In this document: in pieces, positions 10,088 to 17,481 of the stretch
Numbering within the stretch: the first letter of the stretch is position 1
Layout of the letters: every line of letters begins with the position of its first letter
IMG/VR virus record: IMGVR_UViG_3300032225_000504
Location: 1 to 26,981 of that record
Length of the DNA stretch: 26,981 nucleotides
Reading direction: 5' to 3' (one strand)
Source of the DNA: a virus
Lineage: Duplodnaviria > Caudoviricetes
Notes under the pieces: model-generated
What the model was told of the DNA's origin: nothing
Seen by the model: the letters and a program-made list of their open reading frames with translations, nothing else
The model's database searches: none
Position numbers and translations under genes: made by a program

Positions 10088-10666
10088 TCAACCCGCCAAG
10101 CTGAGCGTGTATGTGATGTTCAATGTGTCGCCGGAAACAACAGTGCGATCGCCGGGAGATTGAAAGTCGGCGGCAGAAAACAAGGTGCCGGTTGATCCGC
10201 CCTTTGTGTTGTTGCTAATCAAGAACGCACCGCCAACAGTGGCTGTTGCGTTGATGTTAAACGCTGCGGCTGAAGCAGAGTTTGTTGCTACGGAAGGATT
10301 GGCTGTTGTTGCCGTGGCAAAGGAGCACGTTGGGCGAGTGGCGTTACTGTAAGGTGTAATCTCGGTCCAGCCCGCATGGGAAGCAGCCGTATCGCTGGCA
10401 GCGGGAGTATTGGATGCGCCAGCGCCATACAAGCCCAAATACCAAGTTGTTATCTGCGTAGTCGATGTCAAAGCTGAGCCGCACATGTACTGAAGGCCGG
10501 TGTTAACAACCAAATTTTGTTCTGTGGCCGTCCATTTAACTTGGCCATCAGCGCCAACGCACTCCATTGTGAAACGCCCCAGAGCCAGAGCAGCTTCGCC
10601 TGAACTTGTTCCGCAGACCAGTCCTGCGGCCACAACATCGTGACTTGTAACTTTTTCGTATGACAT
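10088..10666 (-). CDS. Virion structural protein (tail-associated)
   Basis: NLVVNTGLQY...WYLGL...GTLFSAADF...VVSGDTLNITYTLSL pattern typical of phage tail proteins; SD AAGGA upstream. Confidence 0.7.
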   Translation of the reverse strand: MSYEKVTSHDVVAAGLVCGTSSGEAALALGRFTMECVGADGQVKWTATEQNLVVNTGLQYMCGSALTSTTQITTWYLGLYGAGASNTPAASDTAASHAGWTEITPYSNATRPTCSFATATTANPSVATNSASAAAFNINATATVGGAFLISNNTKGGSTGTLFSAADFQSPGDRTVVSGDTLNITYTLSLAG

Positions 10667-10675
10667 GGTGTTTCC

Positions 10676-11092
10676 TTAGTTTGAAGACCGAATCAGCGCT
10701 GTCGTGGCCGAAGTGGCGGGCATCGTGATTGTAAAGTTTGCGGACGTTTTGTCTGCCCCAAAGTCCAGCACCACCACCGATCGGTTGGCTTTGGAGCTGT
10801 TGTAGATCAGAGCGCACCGCGCCGTGACGGCTGCACCAAACACTGCGTTGGCAAAGTTCACGTATGCCGTGTAATCAGCCGAACCAACGGTCGTGCCAGT
10901 CAACGTAATACCGCCTGCCGTGTACCCAGTGCCTGTGACTTCGTTGGACGTGCTGTACGCCGTTGTGGCAGCGTTGAGGTCCGCACTGGCCGTATACAAG
11001 GCGATCTTGAACGTGTCGGTGGTGAAGTTGTGGATGGCCTGATACAGCTCCGTTTTGAAGCTGGTGGTTTGGGTCTGGACAATGCTGCTCAT
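10676..11092 (-). CDS. Virion structural protein (tail-associated)
   Basis: TDTFKIALYT...NEVTGTGYTAGG...ARCALIYN...VLDFGADKT; ATGA overlap with the upstream gene. Confidence 0.72.
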   Translation of the reverse strand: MSSIVQTQTTSFKTELYQAIHNFTTDTFKIALYTASADLNAATTAYSTSNEVTGTGYTAGGITLTGTTVGSADYTAYVNFANAVFGAAVTARCALIYNSSKANRSVVVLDFGADKTSANFTITMPATSATTALIRSSN

Positions 11093-11745
11093 GACACGCT
11101 AACCCTTGTCTGGCCGTCACGGTATGCGTCCATGCGCTGCTTGCCGTCGCCCAAGTTCTTGAGGAGTGCAATCGCCTGCACGTACCGATCTTGGTACAGC
11201 TTGACCATGTCGGGCTCACCCTTCATGAATGTGATGGCTTCGCACATCGTGCCGTACAGCAATACTGAATCAAAGTTATCGCCCAACCATGTTTGGCCTG
11301 CGGTCACGATTGACTCTGGGTAATAGTAAAAGTGCAGCTCCACACCAAAGTTGGTGCTTGGCGTGGGACCAAGAATGAACGACAGCTCTTTGGAGTCCGA
11401 GGATTGCGGGCCAAAAATGGCGTAATGCTTGGGCAGCCCAGTGGCCGAAGCGCTGGGGTACGCTTCGCGGATGAAGTTCACGTCCTTGTTCAACAAGTAC
11501 TGGTAGTTTCCGTCACCGTCTATCACTGCCAGAGAGTAGGTGGACAAAAAATCACCCGGAGCCGAAAGGTACTTGTTGTTGGCAGACAGTGTGCCGGTCA
11601 TGTTTTTACGAAGATTTGCCAACTGCACCGTGTTGTAGATGCGTTGCTCAGCCTGCGTGATGAACGTGTTCATGTCCGCTGTGGGAAACGTGTTCTCACA
11701 GTAATCGGACACGGCCGTCACAAGCTGGGTGTAAGTCATCGTCAT
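11089..11745 (-). CDS. Putative head-tail adaptor / tail tubular protein
   Basis: MTYTQLVTAVSDY...FITQAEQRI...GPTP...VLLYG pattern of podovirus adaptor proteins. Confidence 0.68.
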   Translation of the reverse strand: MTMTYTQLVTAVSDYCENTFPTADMNTFITQAEQRIYNTVQLANLRKNMTGTLSANNKYLSAPGDFLSTYSLAVIDGDGNYQYLLNKDVNFIREAYPSASATGLPKHYAIFGPQSSDSKELSFILGPTPSTNFGVELHFYYYPESIVTAGQTWLGDNFDSVLLYGTMCEAITFMKGEPDMVKLYQDRYVQAIALLKNLGDGKQRMDAYRDGQTRVSVS

Positions 11746-11755
11746 GAGTCAATCC

Positions 11756-12022
11756 TCAAGCCATCGGGCCTCTGGCCATCACGCCTTTGGTAGCCGCGCC
11801 AGTACCACGGATTTTGATGCCCGTGGTTTTGGTTGGCTCATTGCCAGCGGACTTGCTATACGCGCCCACAGACACATCGTTTGTGTCCAGCTTGCTGCGG
11901 TTGGGTTCTTTGCCGGGGTTTGTCTCGGCGCGAACGGGTTTGCCGCTCATGGTGTGGGGCTTGGCGTAGACGCTGGCTGGGCCAACTTCTTTGCCGCCTT
12001 TTTTCATGCTGAATGTTGCCAT
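11756..12022 (-). CDS. Small basic Lys/Gly-rich protein (MKKGG and RGTGAATKG motifs)
   Basis: Start at MATFS follows an SD-like GAGG; 88 aa; fills the gap in the operon. Confidence 0.75.
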   Translation of the reverse strand: MATFSMKKGGKEVGPASVYAKPHTMSGKPVRAETNPGKEPNRSKLDTNDVSVGAYSKSAGNEPTKTTGIKIRGTGAATKGVMARGPMA

Positions 12023-12023
12023 G

Positions 12024-12212
12024 TTAGCCTCGCTTTTGTGCGGCAATTTTTGCCATGTTGCGGCCCATGGACTTCATGTCGGCGTTGGTTTTACCGCCGC
12101 CTTTGCCCTTGCCGCCAGACATTGTGCCAACAGCGGGACCGCTGTTACCTAGATTTTTGCCGTCGGTCTTGCCTTTTTTGGCGATGCCGTCGGCTGCGCG
12201 TGTGAATGCCAT
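12024..12212 (-). CDS. Small basic Lys/Gly-rich protein (ADGIAKKGKT motif)
   Basis: SD GAAGGAG precedes MAFTR; 62 aa. Confidence 0.75.
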   Translation of the reverse strand: MAFTRAADGIAKKGKTDGKNLGNSGPAVGTMSGGKGKGGGKTNADMKSMGRNMAKIAAQKRG

Positions 12213-12223
12213 TTTGAACTCCT

Positions 12224-12607
12224 TCAAGTTACCGTAACTGTACCAACAATTGTCGTTCCCACCAAGTAGTTTGGTGTGATTCCTGCGTCATTGAGACTGG
12301 CACCACCTACCGGACGCCACCCCCACTGAATATCTCGTGAGCCACCAGACAGATTGCCGTTGATGTTGACCCCGGAAGTCACGTACGTTGTGTCCTTGCG
12401 GGGATTGCGCAGTGCTTGCGGGTCATCTACCGGAAACGTGCCCAGCATCAACTGTGGATGGTCCGGGTCCCAACACTCAGGACAAACCCGCAGCTCATAT
12501 TTGCGCTGCTTGATGACCTCGGTCTTGAGCTTTTTAAGTTTGTATTGCTGGCCACACCGATCGCATTCCGCGATGGCGATTTTGCCAGACGCGAAACGAT
12601 TACCCAT
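12224..12607 (-). CDS. Hypothetical protein with an N-terminal zinc ribbon
   Basis: CDRC...CPEC; TGATG overlap with the upstream gene. Confidence 0.72.
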   Translation of the reverse strand: MGNRFASGKIAIAECDRCGQQYKLKKLKTEVIKQRKYELRVCPECWDPDHPQLMLGTFPVDDPQALRNPRKDTTYVTSGVNINGNLSGGSRDIQWGWRPVGGASLNDAGITPNYLVGTTIVGTVTVT

Positions 12608-13308
12608 CAGGTGCCTCCACCAATGAACATTTGGCGTGGGACGAAACGGATTGCAGCTTTCTCACGGTCTTCAGAGCTGGCCAAGTCCCAAGCCTCGTCG
12701 TACTGCGCCTTGAGCACCTGCAGGCGCTCCATGCCGCCCGGCACTTTCATGGACAGGTAGTACGCCAACCCGGCCACCATAGCGCCGTAAAAACGGAAGG
12801 GCACGGCCTCAGTGTTTACACCAGTCCCAGCGTCATCAATACGCTTGAGACGCCAATACACAAAAACGTAAGGCGTCGAATTGTCTGGGACAGGCCAAAC
12901 AGTAAAGCGCGGCGCAGGCTGTAGGCGCTCAATCCACACTTGGATGGGGCGGGCTTGTTGGAGCTTATTGGGGATGGTTGCATAAGTAGAAACACTGATA
13001 CGCGTGATGGTCAGATCGGCCTGTGTGGACGCGTTGCCTGCACCAGTGCGAATGACGTGCTCAAGCAAGTCCACGGTATCGGCCGGAAGGTCGTATGTAG
13101 CCACGCCCGGAGTCAGCGAAATGCTGCCCTGCTCAAACGTCCACATGTTGATGCCACGATTGGCCCAGTCAGCAAACAGTAAGTTGAGCGATCGACGCGC
13201 CGTACGAAGGTCATAGCCGGTACGCAGCTCAGCACCACAGCGCTCAAACGCCTCCTCCACCAGCTCGGTGAGGTCCATGTTGAAAGTGGTGGTGCCAGAT
13301 GTGCTCAT
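12607..13308 (-). CDS. Putative head-tail adaptor protein
   Basis: LVEEAFERCG...ARRSLNLLFADWANRG...WPVPD...GLAYYLS, resembling portal-binding adaptors. Confidence 0.7.
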   Translation of the reverse strand: MSTSGTTTFNMDLTELVEEAFERCGAELRTGYDLRTARRSLNLLFADWANRGINMWTFEQGSISLTPGVATYDLPADTVDLLEHVIRTGAGNASTQADLTITRISVSTYATIPNKLQQARPIQVWIERLQPAPRFTVWPVPDNSTPYVFVYWRLKRIDDAGTGVNTEAVPFRFYGAMVAGLAYYLSMKVPGGMERLQVLKAQYDEAWDLASSEDREKAAIRFVPRQMFIGGGT

Positions 13309-13315
13309 TTTTTAC

Positions 13316-13588
13316 TCAGCATTTCCATCGTTTCAAGGCCGCAGCTTTGCGGGTTGGTTCGCCCTTCTCATCTTTCATCGGGCCGGGCATACCCGACATC
13401 CGCGCACAAAATGAGTCTTTGCGTGGGCCACCTTGCGGCTGGGGTGCTTTCAGGTTGCTGCCCGTTGCTGCGTTGTACTTTGCGCGACCTTTGGCTGTGA
13501 GCCCTGCACCCTTGGAAACAGGCAGCTTTTCGCCTCGACCGATCGCAAGCGATGGGCCTTTTTTCTTTTGTGGTGTAGCCTTGGCCAT
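13316..13588 (-). CDS. Small basic protein with SFCARM motif
   Basis: 90 aa, K/R-rich; GLTAKGRAKYN...RKDSFCARMSG...ALKRWKC; TAATG coupling. Confidence 0.78.
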   Translation of the reverse strand: MAKATPQKKKGPSLAIGRGEKLPVSKGAGLTAKGRAKYNAATGSNLKAPQPQGGPRKDSFCARMSGMPGPMKDEKGEPTRKAAALKRWKC

Positions 13589-13767
13589 TATTTTTTCAAC
13601 TTCTTGAGAGTTTCAGCCAGACGTGCACGCTTGCCTTCAACGCCCGGTTTTTTGGCCGCAGCAGCAAGTTTGCCCGCAGGAATCTTTTCGCCTTTTTTAA
13701 CGCCCATCTCGGCACGCAAGGCACCGGGTTTTTTGATTGCGTTTTGAATCCAATTTTTAGTCGCCAT
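13588..13767 (-). CDS. Small highly basic protein (59 aa)
   Basis: Below the ORF-track cutoff: MATKNWIQNAIKKPGALRAEMGVKKGEKIPAGKLAAAAKKPGVEGKRARLAETLKKLKK; TAATG overlaps on both sides. Confidence 0.8.
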   Translation of the reverse strand: MATKNWIQNAIKKPGALRAEMGVKKGEKIPAGKLAAAAKKPGVEGKRARLAETLKKLKK

Positions 13768-14000
13768 TATCTGTACCCCGCTGTTTTTTTAGCAATGTTT
13801 TTTGGCTGCGCAACAAACTGTTTGCCAGCCTTTTTTCCCGCACGCTTTGCACGAGTTGTAGCAGCGTACTCAGAAGCGCTGAGACTTTTGATCGCAGCTT
13901 CTGGAAGGTATCGCTCACCTGTTTTACTAGACGGTTTTCCACTTTTGGTTCTCCATTTCTGGTCGCCCCAATCTTTGAGGGATTGCTGCGGCGCTTTCAT
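13767..14000 (-). CDS. Small basic protein (QSLKDW...TGERYLP family)
   Basis: 77 aa from MKAPQQ; SD-like AGGGA upstream. Confidence 0.75.
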   Translation of the reverse strand: MKAPQQSLKDWGDQKWRTKSGKPSSKTGERYLPEAAIKSLSASEYAATTRAKRAGKKAGKQFVAQPKNIAKKTAGYR

Positions 14001-14001
14001 G

Positions 14002-14277
14002 TCAATCCCTGTACCCACCGCCAGCGGCCTTGTACTTCTTGGCCACAAGTTGTGCTTTGCGTGCTGACCACTGGCCAGCGCCAGTGCCTTGCGTTGCCGC
14101 AGCTTTTACTTGGCTTACGATGCGCTTGCGCACATCGGGCTTTGTGTAGTTGCCAGCAGCGTTGACTTTACCGCCTTCGGCGTACTGCGTGAAGTCAGTG
14201 TCATCCCGACGGGCTTTCTTGACACCCTTGGGCATTTTGCTGGGGGCCATGGCCCCCATTCCGCGACTGGCCAACAT
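14002..14277 (-). CDS. Small basic protein (RGMGAM, YAEGG and GQWSARKAQL motifs)
   Basis: 91 aa from MLASRG; start 1 nt after the upstream stop. Confidence 0.75.
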   Translation of the reverse strand: MLASRGMGAMAPSKMPKGVKKARRDDTDFTQYAEGGKVNAAGNYTKPDVRKRIVSQVKAAATQGTGAGQWSARKAQLVAKKYKAAGGGYRD

Positions 14278-14278
14278 G

Positions 14279-14992
14279 TCAGCACACCCGGCAGCGAGTC
14301 TTGCCTTTGGAGGCAATACCGTCTGCACGCTTGGAAGCAGAAGACACCGTGCCGCCAGCTTTAAATTTGCTGCCGGGAAAACTGTTGTCTGGACGTTCGG
14401 GCATAAAAACTTTTGGAGAAGTTTTTTGCGTTGTGGTTTTGGGCGCTCGGGGGGGCGGAGTGTACCGTGCGCGATCGCTTTCTTTACCTTTGCCATACCC
14501 CTCATTTGAGTAGATGGGCTTAGCTGGTACTTTGGTATACGGCGTAGTGTCGCGTTGCCGCTCTACTTTTTTGTAAGACTCAGCGGGGTCTTTTTTCTCA
14601 GCTCGTGAAGGGGTAACCGATGGGCGGGGCACGGGTTTAGTCGAGTTGGTAGAGTCGGTTGCGCGGGGTCCGGGCGTAGTGTCCAAACTTTCTTGTTTGT
14701 TTGCTTCTTCTAAAGGATCAGCTTCAACCTTTGCTGTCTCGCGAACCGGCGTTGGTTTGAGGTCTTCTACAGGCACGCGTTCCGCACGTCCGCGACCAGC
14801 ACCAAAACGCTTATACGCTTCAGACGACGGGTCGTCAATGTTGCCCATGCGCAAACGCCCAAAGAAACCGACATCTTCGTTTTTGGACGCTTGCAAGCCA
14901 GCGGCTTTATCCGCTGCTTCTTGCGCATTAACTTCTTTGGTGGGAAGAATTTCGCCGCCAAGGTCAAACCGACGTGGTTTACGTGTGGCCAT
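14279..14992 (-). CDS. Low-complexity charged/Pro-rich protein with FDLGG, FKAGG and ADGIASKGKT motifs
   Basis: 237 aa; SD AAGGAG; disordered-looking core bracketed by the shared motifs. Confidence 0.75.
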   Translation of the reverse strand: MATRKPRRFDLGGEILPTKEVNAQEAADKAAGLQASKNEDVGFFGRLRMGNIDDPSSEAYKRFGAGRGRAERVPVEDLKPTPVRETAKVEADPLEEANKQESLDTTPGPRATDSTNSTKPVPRPSVTPSRAEKKDPAESYKKVERQRDTTPYTKVPAKPIYSNEGYGKGKESDRARYTPPPRAPKTTTQKTSPKVFMPERPDNSFPGSKFKAGGTVSSASKRADGIASKGKTRCRVC

Positions 14993-15002
14993 GGTGCGCT
15001 CC

Positions 15003-15368
15003 TTACTTCATCATGCCGCCGCCACACATTTTGATCTGTGTAGCTTTGGTCTTGCCGCGTTGAGCGATGCCGTTTGCCGAGGAACGGAACGAGCCGCCTT
15101 TGGCCAGCTTCAAGGTAGTGCCCTTGCCGCCTTTGTGTTCTTGCATGTCGTGTTGCTTGAACGCTTTTTTGATCATGGCCTTGTCTTGGGCCTTGTCCAT
15201 TTTCATGTCTTCTTTCATGTCGCCACCTTTTGAAAATTTGCGGCCCTTGTCCGCGTTGGAGAAGTCTTTGCCCACGGACTGTGGGACGCCTACCTTCTTG
15301 GCAAACGACGGCGAGTGTGCAATCGCTTCCATGAAATTGTGCTGTTTTTTGCTTGTGCTTGGCATCAT
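15003..15368 (-). CDS. Small basic Lys/Met/Gly-rich protein (FSKGG, LAKGG, ANGIAQRGKT, MCGGG)
   Basis: 121 aa; starts at the stop of the upstream gene. Confidence 0.75.
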   Translation of the reverse strand: MMPSTSKKQHNFMEAIAHSPSFAKKVGVPQSVGKDFSNADKGRKFSKGGDMKEDMKMDKAQDKAMIKKAFKQHDMQEHKGGKGTTLKLAKGGSFRSSANGIAQRGKTKATQIKMCGGGMMK

Positions 15369-15610
15369 TTACCCCAAGAAGGAAGTGCGTGAATGACCTG
15401 TGTAATCATCGCGCCAACCAAGCCGCCCGCGCCGCCAAACATCATCAGCACCTTCCAGCCACCCTTGGCTTCGGACAAAGTCTTGTCGATGTCGGTCAAC
15501 GTCTTTTGCATAGCAGCAACACTCTCCACCAACTTGTCCATGTCCCGTTGGAGATGTTCAATGTCGGCAGCATGTGTTGCCAGTTCGCGTGCAGTTTCAA
15601 TGTCAGCCAT
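15365..15610 (-). CDS. Small coiled-coil protein with C-terminal TM segment
   Basis: Heptad region followed by AKGGWKVLMMFGGAGGLVGAMI. Confidence 0.68.
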   Translation of the reverse strand: MADIETARELATHAADIEHLQRDMDKLVESVAAMQKTLTDIDKTLSEAKGGWKVLMMFGGAGGLVGAMITQVIHALPSWGK

Positions 15611-15612
15611 GA

Positions 15613-16350
15613 TTACGCTACCTTTAAGCGTGAAGTCCGCAGGTCTTCCAAAATCGGAATGACGACCTCTTCGCGGAAGTTGTTGGTAAAAGTCTCAGAA
15701 CCAATGTGCGGCAAGCTGATATCCACGTCAATGTGGACCGTATAGCCCGCCTTTGTGGCGCGATCGCAGAAGAGGTAGTCTTCACCCACGTACTTGCCGT
15801 CCACGATGTCAAAATCAAACACGGCGCTGATTGTTTCAGCAGTGCCCTTGTTCTCGTAGCTCCACTCTGGGTGGGCTGCGATCAAACCCTCAATGACATG
15901 GCGGCGGATCAGCATAAACCCGGTACCCACGCGCTTGACGCGCATCAGTGAGCCATCAAACTCCAAGTCGCCGTTGTCGTCCCAGTACAGGTCCGCAAAG
16001 AACTTTTTGTCTTTGGCCCGGCGAGGGTAAGCCCCAGCAGTCACGTCCTTGTCGGTGCTCTGCGCCAGCAGGCGAAAAACGTCGTTCGGTGTAACCACCA
16101 CGTCGGCGTCGATAAACAGCATGTCTGTGGCGTCTGTCTTCAAGAACTCGTTCACAAGGGCGTTGCGTGCCATCGTGATGATCGAGCAGTTGGACATGTC
16201 GGACAGGAACACCGAAACACCAAGCTGCGCAGCCTGCGGCATCATTTGTGCCAAGGCGAACGCCGTCTTGATGTTCAGCTTTCCGTCGTACGCCGGGATC
16301 GCAATGAACAACTTGCGACCGGCCAGACTTGCTTGTTTGTTCTCAGCCAT
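15613..16350 (-). CDS. GT-A fold glycosyltransferase-like protein
   Basis: LFIAIPAY, ARNALV, MLFIDADV (DxD), GTGFMLIRR, GEDYLFC, LPHIG. Start placed at MAENK. Confidence 0.78.
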   Translation of the reverse strand: MAENKQASLAGRKLFIAIPAYDGKLNIKTAFALAQMMPQAAQLGVSVFLSDMSNCSIITMARNALVNEFLKTDATDMLFIDADVVVTPNDVFRLLAQSTDKDVTAGAYPRRAKDKKFFADLYWDDNGDLEFDGSLMRVKRVGTGFMLIRRHVIEGLIAAHPEWSYENKGTAETISAVFDFDIVDGKYVGEDYLFCDRATKAGYTVHIDVDISLPHIGSETFTNNFREEVVIPILEDLRTSRLKVA

Positions 16351-16849
16351 AGTAAATGTTGCAAGCAACTACGTTGGACATTTGTGCGTAAATCCCGTCT
16401 GTCACAACGACACCGTCATCAGGAATGAATGGGGAGTTGTTGTACGAATCGTTTGCCGCAACGTCATAGGTCATGATCCAACGGTTTGCGTAAACCATTG
16501 CCGCGCCAGCAGTGATGCTGCCAGAGTTGATATCCGTGATGGTAAATGTGTTTGCGTTGGTGACGGTGACTGGGTAATTGCCGTTTGTTGCTGTGCCGCC
16601 TGTGCCAGCCGCAAAATCCACACCGATAACTTGGCCAGTCACCAAACCGTGCCCTGTTGAAGTAACAGTGATGGTCGTGCCTGATCGGCCATAGGTTGCC
16701 GTGGTTACCGGGGCAACAGTCGTATCAAACAACGTAACGTACCCAGCAGTCGCAGAGCCAGTAAAAGAAATGGCTTTGACCCGGTTACGGCCCAGCACCA
16801 TGAATCCACTGGCGTTGATGTGCGCCTGTTTAACGGGGGTCTGATTCAT
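16343..16849 (-). CDS. Thr-rich virion protein with an inserted small beta domain
   Basis: SD CAGGAG 7 nt before ATG 16849; contains a TITVTSTGHGLVTGQVI...NGNYPVTVTNANTFTI module. Confidence 0.7.
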   Translation of the reverse strand: MNQTPVKQAHINASGFMVLGRNRVKAISFTGSATAGYVTLFDTTVAPVTTATYGRSGTTITVTSTGHGLVTGQVIGVDFAAGTGGTATNGNYPVTVTNANTFTITDINSGSITAGAAMVYANRWIMTYDVAANDSYNNSPFIPDDGVVVTDGIYAQMSNVVACNIYYG

Positions 16850-16868
16850 AATCAATCTCCTGTAAAGC

Positions 16869-16884
16869 GGGGGCCAAAGCCCCC
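16869..16884 (-). terminator. GC-rich hairpin: weak terminator or mRNA stabiliser
   Basis: GGGGGC-TTTG-GCCCCC followed only by GCTTT, just before the next RBS. Confidence 0.45.
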
Positions 16885-16892
16885 AAGATCAA

Positions 16893-17363
16893 TTAGTTTT
16901 GCTGAGGGGACTGCTGCATTGCGCCGTCAGTGTTGCGCACAATGTAGGCCACAATCACAGTCGCAGCGCCAGTGCTGGACGAACCAGTGGTGGTGAAGGT
17001 CAAAGCAGCATCAGTAGCGCCAACGTTTGCCTGAGTAGGCGTAAAGCCCGCAGCAAATGTGATGGGGTATGTACCAGCCGATGTGATGGTGGTTGCAGTC
17101 GCAGTATCAACGCCAGCAATGCTCACCTTCAGCGTAGTAGCTGAAGCAAACAATGTGGTGGTCAGAATCTGAACCGAGGTAATTGCAGCGCCTGCAGGAA
17201 TAAAGCCAGCAGCGATGCTACCTGTAGCCACTTGAGCTGCGGTCAGGTTGAATGTTTGAGCGACGATTGTGCAGCCGGTGTTCTGGACTGTGCCAGCAGT
17301 GGTGCCGGTGGTGTTTTTGACAGTGCCGAGCAGCCAAGGGCCAAGGTGAGTTGCGAATCCCAT
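16893..17363 (-). CDS. Thr/Ala/Gly-rich virion protein (capsid decoration/fibre-like)
   Basis: 156 aa; SD GAAGGA; first gene after the structured leader. Confidence 0.72.
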   Translation of the reverse strand: MGFATHLGPWLLGTVKNTTGTTAGTVQNTGCTIVAQTFNLTAAQVATGSIAAGFIPAGAAITSVQILTTTLFASATTLKVSIAGVDTATATTITSAGTYPITFAAGFTPTQANVGATDAALTFTTTGSSSTGAATVIVAYIVRNTDGAMQQSPQQN

Positions 17364-17367
17364 GATA

Positions 17368-17446
17368 TTTCCTTCATGCAGTTAAAGGTGCGTCAATCTT
17401 GCATGATGTCTGCCGGGACAGTTTGACACACCGGAAAGCCCGGAGT
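17368..17446 (-). ncRNA. Structured cis-RNA with kissing-hairpin/double-pseudoknot topology, probable Mu-gpT-DE motif
   Basis: Three interleaved helices A-B-A'-C-B'-C': CCGGG/CCCGG, GGUGUGUCAA/UUGACGCACC, UCAUGCA/UGCAUGA. It lies downstream of a Mu gpT-like capsid gene; the family name is from recall, not a search. Confidence 0.7.
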
Positions 17447-17452
17447 AATTGC

Positions 17453-17481
17453 AATATATCACTCGCTTGCAAGCTGGTCAA
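17453..17481 (-). promoter_or_regulatory. Sigma70-type promoter for the post-capsid operon
   Basis: TTGACC-N17-TATATT with an extended -10 TG; predicted TSS ~17446 coincides with the 5' end of the RNA structure. Confidence 0.7.

Noticed and set aside
14278-14505. 76-codon N-terminal extension of the 14002 ORF
   Set aside because: Overlaps the motif-bearing C-terminus of the upstream gene; the ATG at 14277 fits the coupling pattern better.
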